Part shown: positions 18,384 through 27,913 of the stretch, one piece after another
Layout: the number at the start of each line of letters is the position of its first letter
Position numbering within the stretch: position 1 is the first letter of the stretch
Notes under the pieces: generated by a model
Told to the model about the DNA's origin: nothing
Databases searched by the model: none
What the model saw: only the letters and a program-made list of their open reading frames with translations
DNA from: an uncultured bacterium
GTDB lineage: Bacteria > Gemmatimonadota > Gemmatimonadetes > Gemmatimonadales > Gemmatimonadaceae
DNA length: 64,000 nucleotides
Direction: 5' to 3'
Assembly: GCA_963978095.1 (NCBI GenBank)
Contig: CAXBQP010000008.1
Location: 1 to 64,000 of the forward strand
Position numbers and translations under genes: made by a program

Positions 18384-19852
18384 GTGGCCGCTCCAATCAG
18401 GTCCGCGACGATCTTACCCGAACTGATCACGCCAGGCAAGCCCGCGCCCGGGTGCGTCCCGGCTCCGGCGAAATACAGGTTCGGAATGTCCTCGCTGACA
18501 TTGTGCGGTCGCATCCACGCCGACTGCATCAGCGTGGGTTCCACCGAAAAGGCACTGCCGAGATGACTCGACATCACATCCCGGAAGTAGCGGGGATCCA
18601 CGCGCCGCTCGGTCACGATGTGCTTCGACAGCCCCGGCATGTAGCGCTCCTCGAGGTACGCCACGATTCGGTCACGGTACGCCTGCGCCTTCGCCTCCCA
18701 ATCGACATCGCCGGCCAGATTCGGCACGGGTGAAAGCACGTACCACGCGTCACAGCCTGCCGGCGCAAGGCTGGGGTCCGTGGCGGTCGGGCGGTGCAGG
18801 TACAGCGAGAAATCATCCGAGAGGGTCTTCTTGGTGAAGATGTCCTCCAGGAGTCCGCGGTACCGTGGGCCCATCAGGATCTCATGGTGCGCGATGTCCT
18901 CGTACTTCTTGTCCGTGCCGAAGTAGATCACGAACAACGACATCGAGTAATCCATCCCCTTCAGCTTCCGGTCGGTGTACGTCTTCCGGTGGCGCGCGGG
19001 AATCAGTTTCATGTAGGTGTTGGCGACGTCGCCGTTGCTCACCACCGCGTCGGCGTTCAGCACCGTGCCGTCCGCGAGCCGCACGCCGACCGCCTTCCCG
19101 GTACGATCGTCCACCACGATCTCGTCCACGGCGGTGTTCAGCACGAGCGAGCCACCCAGGTCCTCGAACAAGCGCACGAAGGCGCGCACCAAGGCCCCGG
19201 TGCCCCCCATCGCGAACCACACCCCCCACTTCTGCTCCAGATGGTGGATCAGCGCGTAGATCGAGGTGGTCCGGAACGGATTCCCGCCCACGAGCAACGG
19301 ATGGAAGGAGAAGACCTGCCGCAGCCGGTCGTCCTTCAGGTGCTCGAACGCGAACTTCGCCACCGACTTGTCCGAACGCAGCCGGACCAAGTCCGGGAGC
19401 ACCTTGAACATCGAGCGGAACGTGCTGAACGGCTTGTCGATCAGGCCGAACCCGGTCTTGAAGATGTCCGCGGTCTTCCCGAGGAACTTCTGGTAGCCCG
19501 CCTCATCGTCCGGGTTGAACTTCCGAACCTGCGCGAGGACATCATCCCGGGTGCCGTTGTAGTGGAACACCGAGCCATCCTCGAACCGCACGTTGTAGAA
19601 CGGATCAATCGGGATCAGTTGCACGTAGTCGGCGGTCTTCTTCCCGCCGAGCGCGAACAGATCGTCGATCAGCCACGGCGCCGTGATGATGGTCGGCCCC
19701 GCGTCGAACGTGAAGCCATCCTGCTCCCAGACATATGCCCGCCCGCCAGGCTTGTCGCGCTGCTCGAGCACGGTGACCTCGTGCCCCTGCGCACGAAGAC
19801 GAATGGCCGCTGCCAGTCCGCCAAACCCACTGCCGATGACGAGAATTCGCAT
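18380..19852 (-). CDS. crtI: Phytoene desaturase
   Basis: VIGSGFGGLAAA, GGRA, FDAGPTII, GAGTHPGAGLPGV; start at ATG 19852. Confidence 0.95.
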   Translation of the reverse strand: MRILVIGSGFGGLAAAIRLRAQGHEVTVLEQRDKPGGRAYVWEQDGFTFDAGPTIITAPWLIDDLFALGGKKTADYVQLIPIDPFYNVRFEDGSVFHYNGTRDDVLAQVRKFNPDDEAGYQKFLGKTADIFKTGFGLIDKPFSTFRSMFKVLPDLVRLRSDKSVAKFAFEHLKDDRLRQVFSFHPLLVGGNPFRTTSIYALIHHLEQKWGVWFAMGGTGALVRAFVRLFEDLGGSLVLNTAVDEIVVDDRTGKAVGVRLADGTVLNADAVVSNGDVANTYMKLIPARHRKTYTDRKLKGMDYSMSLFVIYFGTDKKYEDIAHHEILMGPRYRGLLEDIFTKKTLSDDFSLYLHRPTATDPSLAPAGCDAWYVLSPVPNLAGDVDWEAKAQAYRDRIVAYLEERYMPGLSKHIVTERRVDPRYFRDVMSSHLGSAFSVEPTLMQSAWMRPHNVSEDIPNLYFAGAGTHPGAGLPGVISSGKIVADLIGAAT

Positions 19853-19890
19853 ATGCGTCTGAACGCGGACTCGGGGGGAAAAGTTCTGCA

Positions 19891-19975
19891 TGCGAAAGGT
19901 GGGACTCGAACCCACACGCCTTTTTAGGGCACAGGATCCTAAGTCCTGCGCGTCTGCCAGTTTCGCCACTCTCGC
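19891..19975 (-). tRNA. tRNA-Leu (anticodon TAG), CCA not encoded
   Basis: Cloverleaf GCGAGAG..TGGCGAAACTGGCAGACG, anticodon arm CAGGA-CTTAGGA-TCCTG, long variable arm, GTTCGAGTC, 3' CTTTCGCA. Confidence 0.95.
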
Positions 19976-20067
19976 AGTCGAACCCCCTAAGCTACATCAT
20001 CTCGGTCAAATCGGGATGGTCGAAACGTCCATGTTTTGTTCGGGTTTTGGCCATCAGCGAGGGCTGC

Positions 20068-20103
20068 AAAAACGGGGAGTCCGCACCCTCCGGACTCCCC
20101 GTT
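20068..20103 (-). terminator. Intrinsic terminator after degP
   Basis: 13-bp stem AACGGGGAGTCCG/CGGACTCCCCGTT running into a T tract on the minus strand. Confidence 0.8.
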
Positions 20104-20137
20104 CGCCCTCCACCGACCGTTCGGCAACCGGGGGCGC

Positions 20138-21700
20138 TCAGTTCCCGCCGAGCCGCACGTTCACGATCCCGGTCTGGCCGACCGTCCCGTCGGAGTTGTA
20201 GCGGGCGACCTTCACCCCGATGAAATCGCCCTCTTTCAGCCCGTTGATCACCTTCTGAAGGTCGGACGCGGTTTTGATCACCGTCTTCTGGGGGAAGACC
20301 ACCTCGGTGATCACATCGCCCACGCCGATCGCCCGCGTGGCGGCCGCGGTTCCACCACGCTCGACTTCCTTCACGAAGGCGCCAAAGACTTCCGATTTGG
20401 CGGCTTTGAGCAGCTCCGCCGGCGGCGCCGACACGGTGATGCCGAGCGCCTTCACCACGATCGTCGTCGCCGAACCGGTGCTCGGCGTGTCCTTCGACTT
20501 CACCGCCGACGCCACGGTCGCCTTCTCCCCCTCGGCTTCCATCAGCTTGATCTTGAAGGTCTGCTTCTTCCCATACCGCAGCCCTTCGAGCTCGATCGTC
20601 TCGCCCGGTTGATGCGTGCGCACGATGCGCTGCAGCGTGCTGACGCGGTCCACGGGCTTGCCGTCGGCCTTCACGATGATGTCACCCGGCTGGAGCCCCG
20701 CCTTCTCGGCCGGGCTGTTCTCGACCCCCTGGAAGTCACCGATCTTCACACCGGCGATCTCCTTGAGCCCGTTCACCTGCGCGTCCTCGGCGGTGATCTC
20801 CTGGATGCGCACGCCCATGATCGCGCGCCGCACGCGACCGTGCGCGATGATGTCGTCCATGACCGTCTTGGCCAGGTTGATCGGGATCGCGAACCCGTAG
20901 CCTGAATACGTGCCGGTCTGGCTGGCGATCGCACTGTTGATGCCGACGACCTCCCCACGGAGATTCACCAGCGGCCCCCCCGAGTTCCCCGGGTTGATCG
21001 CGGCGTCCGTCTGCAGGAAGTCCTGGATCGCGTACACGTTGTTGTTCAGCCCGCGGAGCTCGTTGGAGCGCCCCTTGGCGCTGATGATGCCGGCCGTGAC
21101 CGTGAAGTCCAGTCCGAGCGGGTTGCCGATGGCCACCGCCCACTCGCCGACGCGCACCTTGGAGTCGTCACCAAGCGCGATCGTCGGGAGCTCCTTCCCC
21201 TCGATCTTCAGCACCGCGACGTCCGTCTGCGGGTCCGTCCCGACGACCTTGGCCTTGAAGCTGCGGCGGTCCGAGAGGCCGACCGTCACGCGGTCGGCGC
21301 CTTCCACCACGTGGTTGTTGGTCAGCACGTAGCCGTCGCTCGTGACGATGAAGCCGGTGCCCGTCGCTTCCGATCCGCGCTCCTGCTGGCGCGGGTCGTC
21401 GAAGAACTGCTCGAAGCCCGGCGGGAGGTTCCGCATCTGGGGCGAGCGGGTCGCCTTGCGCGCATCCGTCTGGGCATCGATCGAGACGACCGCAGGGGTC
21501 ACATGTTCGGCGACCGCGACGAACGAGTTCTGCTGATCCATCAGCGAACTCGACACGTTGGCGATGGGTTTGCCGGTGGTCCCGCGGATCTGGGCACCGA
21601 CGATCTTCGTCCAATCCATGGACGAGGCGAACAGCACGCCGCCCACGAAGGCGGCGCTGGCGATGATGGCAATCTTGGGCTTGGAGAGGTTGAGGCTCAT
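20138..21700 (-). CDS. degP: DegP/DegQ (HtrA) serine protease with two PDZ domains
   Basis: TNNHVV, DVAVLK, QTDAAINPGNSGGPL catalytic triad motifs. Confidence 0.93.
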   Translation of the reverse strand: MSLNLSKPKIAIIASAAFVGGVLFASSMDWTKIVGAQIRGTTGKPIANVSSSLMDQQNSFVAVAEHVTPAVVSIDAQTDARKATRSPQMRNLPPGFEQFFDDPRQQERGSEATGTGFIVTSDGYVLTNNHVVEGADRVTVGLSDRRSFKAKVVGTDPQTDVAVLKIEGKELPTIALGDDSKVRVGEWAVAIGNPLGLDFTVTAGIISAKGRSNELRGLNNNVYAIQDFLQTDAAINPGNSGGPLVNLRGEVVGINSAIASQTGTYSGYGFAIPINLAKTVMDDIIAHGRVRRAIMGVRIQEITAEDAQVNGLKEIAGVKIGDFQGVENSPAEKAGLQPGDIIVKADGKPVDRVSTLQRIVRTHQPGETIELEGLRYGKKQTFKIKLMEAEGEKATVASAVKSKDTPSTGSATTIVVKALGITVSAPPAELLKAAKSEVFGAFVKEVERGGTAAATRAIGVGDVITEVVFPQKTVIKTASDLQKVINGLKEGDFIGVKVARYNSDGTVGQTGIVNVRLGGN

Positions 21701-21736
21701 GGCATGTTGTCCGGTGTGCGAGAAAGCGGCTCTCGT

Positions 21737-21765
21737 TTAGACCCGGAGGCGACGCGGAAAGTTTC
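21737..21765 (-). promoter_or_regulatory. Putative sigmaE (ECF) promoter for degP
   Basis: GAAACTT-N16-GTCTAA on the minus strand, 36 nt upstream of the degP start. Confidence 0.6.
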
Positions 21766-21774
21766 CGCGTCGCC
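21748..21774 (-). terminator. Hairpin downstream of dnaK (probable terminator or stabiliser)
   Basis: Perfect inverted repeat GGCGACGCGGAAA-G-TTTCCGCGTCGCC; weak U tract. Confidence 0.55.
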
Positions 21775-21798
21775 CCCGCCTACCTGATGCAACAGTAA

Positions 21799-23736
21799 CT
21801 ACTTCTTCGACTTGTCGTCGTCGACGATCTCGAAATCGGCTTCGGCGACTTCTTCCTTCTTCTGTCCGGCCGCGGCACCGTCGCCCGCGGCGGCACCCTC
21901 CGCCGGGGCTTCGGCCGCCTGCGCGGCATACACCGCCGAGCCGGCCGCCTGGAACGCCGCGTTCAGCTCCTCCAGGGCCCCCGTGATCTCGTTCATGTCG
22001 TCCCCCTTGTGCGCCGACCGGGCGCGGGCCACGGCAGCGTCGAGGCGGGTCTTGAGCTCGGCCGGCACCTTGTCGGCCCACTCCTTCGACTCCTTCTCCA
22101 CCTGATACGCCAGCGTGTCGAGACGGTTCCGCGTGTCGATTTCCTCACGCTTCTTCTTGTCGTCGGCCGCGTTCTCCTCGGCGTCCTTCACCATCTTCTC
22201 GATCTCGGCGTTGCTGAGGCCGCTCGAGGCTTCGACACGGATCTTCTGCTCCTTGCCCGAGGCCTTGTCCTTCGCGGCCACGTGCAGGATGCCGTTGGCG
22301 TCGATGTCGAAGGTCACCTCGACCTGCGGCATGCCGCGCGGAGCGGGCGGGATCCCCGTGAGCTGGAACTTGCCGATCGTCTTGTTGTAGACCGCCAGTT
22401 CGCGCTCGCCCTGGAGCACGTGGATCTCGACGGTGGTCTGGTTGTCGTCGGCGGTGCTGAACACCTCCGACTTCTTGGTCGGGATCGTCGTGTTGCGCGG
22501 GATGAGCACGGTCGTCACGCCGCCCAGGGTCTCGATGCCGAGGGAGAGTGGGGTCACGTCGAGCAGGAGCACATCCTTCTGCTCGCCGGTGAGCACGGCG
22601 CCCTGGATGGCGGCGCCCACGGCGACGACTTCATCCGGATTCACCCCCTTGTTCGGCTCCTTCCCGAAGAAGGCCTTCACCACTTCCTGCACCTTCGGAA
22701 TACGCGTCGAGCCGCCGACGAGCAGGATCTCGTCGACCTCCGACGGCTGCATCTTGGCGTCGGCGAGCGCCTTCTTCATCGGTTCGAGCGTGCGCTGGAC
22801 GAGGTCGTCCACGAGCTGCTCGAACTTGGCCCGCGTGAGCTGGTAGTTGAGGTGCTTGGGACCCGAGGCGTCGGCGGTGATGAACGGGAGATTGATGTCC
22901 GTGCTCATCGTGCCGGAGAGCTCGATCTTGGCCTTCTCCGCGGCTTCCTTCAGGCGCTGGAGCGCCATCGGATCCTTGGAGAGGTCGATCGTCTGATCCT
23001 TCTTGAACTCGGCGACGAGCCAGTCGATCACCTTCTGGTCGAAGTCGTCACCACCCAAGTGGGTGTCACCGTTGGTGGACTTCACCTCGAACTGCTTGGT
23101 GCCGTCCACTTCGTACAGCTCGAGGATCGAGATGTCGTAGGTGCCGCCGCCGAGGTCGAAGACGGCGACCTTCTCGTCCTTCTTTCCCTTCTTGTCGAGG
23201 CCGTAGGCCAGGGCGGCCGCGGTTGGCTCGTTGACGATGCGGAGCACGTCGAGCCCGGCGATCTTGCCGGCGTCCTTGGTGGCCTGACGCTGCGAGTCGT
23301 TGAAGTAGGCCGGAACGGTGATCACGGCCTTGGCGACGGTGTGTCCGAGGTAATCCTCCGCGGTCTGCTTCATCTTCTGGAGGATCATCGCCGAGACTTC
23401 CGGGGGCGTGTAGCGCTTCCCCTGGACTTCGACCGAGGCGAGGTCATTCGTGCCGCTCTTGACCGCGTAGGGCACGCGGGCGATTTCGCTCGTGACTTCG
23501 GGCATCTTGCGGCCCATGAAGCGCTTGATCGAGAAGACGGTGTTCTGCGGGTTCGTCACCGCCTGACGCTTGGCGATCTGCCCGACGAGGCGCTCGCCGT
23601 CCTTGCTGAAGCCAACGACGGACGGCGTGGTCCGTCCGCCCTCTGCGTTGGGGATGACCACCGGGTCACCACCTTCCATCACCGCCACGACGGAGTTGGT
23701 GGTACCGAGGTCGATGCCGATGACTTTGTCAGCCAT
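21799..23736 (-). CDS. dnaK: Chaperone DnaK
   Basis: [38 protein letters not shown] loop, C-terminal EADFEIVDD. Confidence 0.99.
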   Translation of the reverse strand: MADKVIGIDLGTTNSVVAVMEGGDPVVIPNAEGGRTTPSVVGFSKDGERLVGQIAKRQAVTNPQNTVFSIKRFMGRKMPEVTSEIARVPYAVKSGTNDLASVEVQGKRYTPPEVSAMILQKMKQTAEDYLGHTVAKAVITVPAYFNDSQRQATKDAGKIAGLDVLRIVNEPTAAALAYGLDKKGKKDEKVAVFDLGGGTYDISILELYEVDGTKQFEVKSTNGDTHLGGDDFDQKVIDWLVAEFKKDQTIDLSKDPMALQRLKEAAEKAKIELSGTMSTDINLPFITADASGPKHLNYQLTRAKFEQLVDDLVQRTLEPMKKALADAKMQPSEVDEILLVGGSTRIPKVQEVVKAFFGKEPNKGVNPDEVVAVGAAIQGAVLTGEQKDVLLLDVTPLSLGIETLGGVTTVLIPRNTTIPTKKSEVFSTADDNQTTVEIHVLQGERELAVYNKTIGKFQLTGIPPAPRGMPQVEVTFDIDANGILHVAAKDKASGKEQKIRVEASSGLSNAEIEKMVKDAEENAADDKKKREEIDTRNRLDTLAYQVEKESKEWADKVPAELKTRLDAAVARARSAHKGDDMNEITGALEELNAAFQAAGSAVYAAQAAEAPAEGAAAGDGAAAGQKKEEVAEADFEIVDDDKSKK

Positions 23737-23795
23737 ATGAGCCAGATCCTGAAAAGTGAAGTTGTCGTTGTGTTGCCGAACCTGCGACCAAGGGT

Positions 23796-23811
23796 AGCAA
23801 GTATGGAGCCA
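23796..23811 (-). promoter_or_regulatory. Putative sigma54 (-24/-12) promoter for dnaK
   Basis: TGGCTCCATACTTGCT: TGGC...TTGC with exact GG-N10-GC spacing. Confidence 0.65.
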
Positions 23812-23930
23812 CGAAATCGGGCCATTTTGGCGCGCGATCTCTGAATTTTGGGACTATTTTTCTGTCAAAATGACTGAGTTGTGACAGCCCGATTCGCGTC
23901 GTGAGGCGGTCTGGCCGGAGGCGCTGTCCC

Positions 23931-23948
23931 GTGTAACAATGCCGCAAC
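23931..23948 (+). promoter_or_regulatory. Weak Pho-box-like direct repeat upstream of DUF47-pit-ppk1
   Basis: GTGTAAC-aatg-CCGCAAC, 11-bp period. Confidence 0.35.
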
Positions 23949-23975
23949 ATCGGGTTATACGGCTGTCCAACTCGT

Positions 23976-24004
23976 TTGCCGCACTCTGAGCATTAGCCTA
24001 AGTT
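23976..24004 (+). promoter_or_regulatory. Putative sigma70 promoter for DUF47-pit-ppk1
   Basis: TTGCCG-N17-TAAGTT. Confidence 0.55.
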
Positions 24005-24059
24005 TAAATCTGAAGGAGAAGATCTCCCCCCCACCGTTGCTTCGCCCCGGAGCTTTCCC

Positions 24060-24671
24060 GTGCGGCTTATTCCGAAAGACGAAGGGTTCTTCGAAATGTT
24101 CGATGGGCTCGCGGTCCGCATGACGCGATCGGCCACGCTCCTCAACCAACTGTTCACCGACCCGGGGCAGCTCGACCGGTACGTCGCGCAGATCAAGGAG
24201 ATCGAGCACGAAGCCGACGAGATCACGCACGAGATCATGAATCGGATCGACCGGAGTTTCGTCACCCCGCTCGATCGCGAGGACATCCACCTGCTCGCCA
24301 CGCGCTTGGACAACGTGGTCGATCTCATGGACGGCACGGCGCGTCGGGCCAAGATGTTCCACATCCACGACCGCAAGGAGCCGGCCAAGGAGCTGACGCG
24401 GGTCTTGGTCGCGGCCACGGAGCAGATCGCGCTCGGAGTGGCGTCACTGAAGGACGCGCGGCAGGTGCAGCTGATCGGACGCGAGGTCAAGCGGCTGGAG
24501 GAGGAGGCGGACGCGATCTACTCCGAGGCGGTCGGCGCCCTCTTCGAGGGGACGCCGGACGCGCTCGACGTCATCAAGTGGAAGGAGCTCTACGACAACA
24601 TCGAGCATGCGATCGACGAGGCGGAGGACGTGATCAACGTCCTGGAGAGCGTATCCCTCAAGAACAGCTGA
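24060..24671 (+). CDS. DUF47 / PhoU-like PiT accessory protein
   Basis: EHEADEI, FVTPLDREDI, LEEEAD, IKWKELY; directly upstream of PiT. Confidence 0.9.
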   Translation: MRLIPKDEGFFEMFDGLAVRMTRSATLLNQLFTDPGQLDRYVAQIKEIEHEADEITHEIMNRIDRSFVTPLDREDIHLLATRLDNVVDLMDGTARRAKMFHIHDRKEPAKELTRVLVAATEQIALGVASLKDARQVQLIGREVKRLEEEADAIYSEAVGALFEGTPDALDVIKWKELYDNIEHAIDEAEDVINVLESVSLKNS

Positions 24672-24675
24672 TCGC

Positions 24676-25719
24676 GTGCTGACGTACGTCCTCATCATCG
24701 TCGTCCTCGCGATCGGGTTCGACTTCATCAACGGGTTCCACGACTCCGCGAACTCCATCGCGACGATCGTCGGAACCCGGGTGCTGAGTCCGCTGGCGGC
24801 GGTCGTATGGGCGGCGACCTTCAACTTCGTGGCGGCCTTCTTCGGGAACACCGCGGTCGCGAAAGCGGTCAGCAGCGGGTTCGTCGACCAGCATGTCGTC
24901 GATGCCAACGTGATCTGTGCGGCCCTGATCGGCGCGATCGTGTGGAACCTGTTCACCTGGTTCTATGGCATCCCGTCGAGTTCGAGCCATGCGCTGATCG
25001 GCGGGTTCGCGGGCGCGGCCATCGCCAAAGGGGGATTCGCGGCGTTGACGTGGGGCACCAAGTGGATCCAGACGCTGTCGTTCATCGTCATCTCGCCCAC
25101 GCTCGGCGTGATCGTGGGCTTCCTGCTGATGGCCCTGGTGCTGAATCTGTTCCGCGCGGCGTCCCCGCGTCGCGTGGACAAGGTGTTCCGCCCCGGACAA
25201 CTCGCGAGCTCGGCCCTGTTGTCATTTGCGCACGGGCAGAACGATGCCCAGAAGACGATGGGGATCATTGTCGGGCTGTTGGTGGCAACGCAGCGCTATT
25301 TCGAACATGAGACCGGGTTCTGGCACCATTTCTATCTGGCGAACAACTCGCACATCCCGTGGTGGGTGGAGATGTGCGCCTACTCCGCCATTTCGCTTGG
25401 CACTCTGTTCGGCGGCTGGCGCATCGTGCACACGATGGGGTCGCGGATCACGCGGTTGCGCCCCGTGGGCGGCTTCGCGGCCGAGGGGGGCGGGGCGCTC
25501 GTGATCCTGGCGGCCACGAAGTTCGGGATCCCGGTCAGCACGACCCATACGATCACCGGTGCAATCGTCGGCGTCGGAGCCACGAATCGCTTGTCGGCCG
25601 TCCGCTGGGGGCTGGCCAGCCGCATCGTGTGGGCGTGGGTCGTGACGATTCCGGCGGCGGCGGCGATGGCGGCCATCAGCTACCTCCTCCTGTCGACGAC
25701 CATCGCGCCGTCGTTGTGA
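24676..25719 (+). CDS. pit: Inorganic phosphate transporter, PiT family
   Basis: NGFHDSANSIAT, PSSSSHALIG, HGQNDAQK, PVSTTH. Confidence 0.95.
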   Translation: MLTYVLIIVVLAIGFDFINGFHDSANSIATIVGTRVLSPLAAVVWAATFNFVAAFFGNTAVAKAVSSGFVDQHVVDANVICAALIGAIVWNLFTWFYGIPSSSSHALIGGFAGAAIAKGGFAALTWGTKWIQTLSFIVISPTLGVIVGFLLMALVLNLFRAASPRRVDKVFRPGQLASSALLSFAHGQNDAQKTMGIIVGLLVATQRYFEHETGFWHHFYLANNSHIPWWVEMCAYSAISLGTLFGGWRIVHTMGSRITRLRPVGGFAAEGGGALVILAATKFGIPVSTTHTITGAIVGVGATNRLSAVRWGLASRIVWAWVVTIPAAAAMAAISYLLLSTTIAPSL

Positions 25720-27884
25720 CGCGCTTCCGCGCCGATCCATCGCTGTTCATCAACCGCGAGCTGTCGTGGTTGGAGTTCAACTCGCGGGTACTGGCCGAAG
25801 CGTTCGACGAGCGGAATCCGCTGCTGGAGCGCCTGAAATTCCTCGCGATCTTCCACAGCAATCTCGACGAGTTCTACATGGTCCGGGTGGCGGGCTTGCG
25901 CCGCCAGATGTCGGCCCGTGTGCCAAGCGTGAGCAACGACGGCTTGTCGGCGCGGCAACAGCTCGACCTGATCGACCGCCGCGTGCGCGAGATGACGGAG
26001 TCGGTGCAGCACTGCCTGCACGACATTCTGTTGCCCGCCCTCGACGCGCACGGCATCCGCATCGTCTCCATGGACGATCTGTCCGCGACCGAGCGCGTCG
26101 GGGTCGATGCGTTCTTCGATCAGCAGGTCTTTCCCGTGCTCACACCGCTCGCGGTCGATCCGGGACACCCGTTTCCGTACATCTCCAACTTGTCGCTGTC
26201 GCTCGCGGTCGAACTCCGGCATCCGGACGGCACGGACGATCGGTTCGCGCGCGTCAAAGTCCCCAAGTCGCTGTCGCGCTGGGTGGCGGTCCCCGGGCGC
26301 CGCAACCATTTCATCCCGCTCGAAGCGGTCGTGAGCGCGCATCTCGCGCGACTCTTCCCGGGGATGCAGATCCTCGGCGCCCACGCCTTTCGCATCACCC
26401 GGTACAGCGATCTCGAGATCGCCGATACCGAGGAGCCGGAGGACCTGCTCGCCACCATCGAGGAGCAGGTCTTCCAGCGCCGATTCGGCGAAGTGGTGCG
26501 CCTCGAGGTCCAACGCGGAATGCCCGATGCTCTGCGCACGCTGTTGCTGGATGAGCTGCGCGAGAGCGAGGACCCCGAGTTCGAGCCGCTGAGCGATCGG
26601 GAGGTCCAGTCGGGTGGGCCGCTGCTCGACTTGGGCGATCTGATGACGCTCGCGGGAATCGACGTGCCGGCGTTGCGCGACACGCCGTTCGCGCCGGCGA
26701 TTCCGCCGGAGCTGCGCGACGCCGAGCCGTCCATCTTCGATGTCGTGCGCGCGCGCGATTTGCTGGTGCACCATCCGTTCGACTCGTTCGCGGCGACGGT
26801 GGAGCAGTTCATCGCGGCGGCGTCCAAGGACGATCGGACCCTGGCGATCAAGATGACCCTGTACCGGACCTCCGGTGATGGGGCGATCGTCCGCGCGCTG
26901 GTGGCGGCGGCACAGCGGGGAATCCAGGTCGCGGTGCTCGTGGAGTTGCAGGCGCGGTTCGAAGAGACCAACAACATCACGTGGGCCAGGACGCTCGAAT
27001 CGTACGGCGTCCACGTGGCCTACGGGCTCCCGGGGCTCAAGATCCACGCCAAGACCGCGCTCGTCGTCCGGCGCGAAGCCGACGGCATCCGCCGGTACGT
27101 GCACTTGGGCACTGGAAACTACAACGGACGGACCGCGCGCACGTATACCGACATCGGCTTGTTCACGTGCAGCGAGGCCATCGGTGCCGACGTCAGCGAT
27201 CTCTTCAACTCCCTGACGGGATTTTCGCGCCAACTCGTGTATCGCAAGCTGGCGGTGGCACCGAGTGGATTGCGCGACAAGGTCCACGCGCTGATCAGTC
27301 GTGAGGCCGCCCATGCCCGCGCCGGCCGGCCGGCGCGCATCATCGCCAAAATGAACGCGCTGGTGGACTCGGAAACGATTCTCGAACTGTACGAGGCCAG
27401 CCAGGCCGGTGTGCAGATCGACCTGATCGTCCGCGGCATCTGTTGCTTGCGGCCCGGGATGCCGGGTGTCAGCGACCGCATTCGGGTCACGAGCATCGTC
27501 GGCCGGTTCCTCGAGCATTCACGGCTCTGGTATTTCGCCAATGACGACGAGCCCGAGTACTGGATCAGCTCTGCCGATTGGATGCCCCGCAACTTCGACC
27601 GGCGGGTGGAAGCGGCCACGCCGATCGAGGATGTGGCGCTGCATCCCCGTTTGCGCGCGCTGCTGGACACCTGCCTGACGGACAACCAGCAGGCGTGGGA
27701 GCTGCAGGCCGACGGGGGATATGCCAAGCGGCATATCAGCGGCGAGCCGGCGCGTTCCACGCATCGGCTGCTGATGCTGGAGTCATGGGGGCAAGCCAAG
27801 CCAGGGCAGGGCGCCAAGGGGACGCGCCCCCGCGCGGCAGAAGAACCCGGCATCGCCGCGAGCGCCGGCTCGACCCACGGCTGA
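25716..27884 (+). CDS. ppk1: Polyphosphate kinase 1
   Basis: NRELSWLEFN, NLDEFYMVRV, HPFP, HHPF, GTGNYN, GRFLEHSR, SADWMPRN; GTG start overlaps the pit stop. Confidence 0.97.
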   Translation: MTRFRADPSLFINRELSWLEFNSRVLAEAFDERNPLLERLKFLAIFHSNLDEFYMVRVAGLRRQMSARVPSVSNDGLSARQQLDLIDRRVREMTESVQHCLHDILLPALDAHGIRIVSMDDLSATERVGVDAFFDQQVFPVLTPLAVDPGHPFPYISNLSLSLAVELRHPDGTDDRFARVKVPKSLSRWVAVPGRRNHFIPLEAVVSAHLARLFPGMQILGAHAFRITRYSDLEIADTEEPEDLLATIEEQVFQRRFGEVVRLEVQRGMPDALRTLLLDELRESEDPEFEPLSDREVQSGGPLLDLGDLMTLAGIDVPALRDTPFAPAIPPELRDAEPSIFDVVRARDLLVHHPFDSFAATVEQFIAAASKDDRTLAIKMTLYRTSGDGAIVRALVAAAQRGIQVAVLVELQARFEETNNITWARTLESYGVHVAYGLPGLKIHAKTALVVRREADGIRRYVHLGTGNYNGRTARTYTDIGLFTCSEAIGADVSDLFNSLTGFSRQLVYRKLAVAPSGLRDKVHALISREAAHARAGRPARIIAKMNALVDSETILELYEASQAGVQIDLIVRGICCLRPGMPGVSDRIRVTSIVGRFLEHSRLWYFANDDEPEYWISSADWMPRNFDRRVEAATPIEDVALHPRLRALLDTCLTDNQQAWELQADGGYAKRHISGEPARSTHRLLMLESWGQAKPGQGAKGTRPRAAEEPGIAASAGSTHG

Positions 27885-27913
27885 GGCCGGTCGGCGTCAG
27901 CGGGCCGCTGCGG

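Noticed and set aside
19853..19969. N-terminal extension of crtI in the ORF track
   Set aside because: Runs through tRNA-Leu; the FAD-binding motif begins right after ATG 19852
20004..20024. GGTCAAA...GGTCGAA resembling a CtsR box
   Set aside because: Spacing is 14 bp rather than 10, and it lies upstream of a tRNA
22009..23844. 611-aa ORF antisense to dnaK
   Set aside because: Well-known open antisense frame of high-GC hsp70 genes; mirrors dnaK codon bias and has no independent motifs
23978..24000. GCACTC...TTAGC fragments resembling CIRCE near dnaK
   Set aside because: Not the TTAGCACTC-N9-GAGTGCTAA inverted repeat; better explained as a sigma70 spacer
25359..25715. N-terminal extension of ppk1 in the ORF track
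   Set aside because: Overlaps pit out of frame; GTG 25716 gives a normal PPK1 start with GTGA coupling
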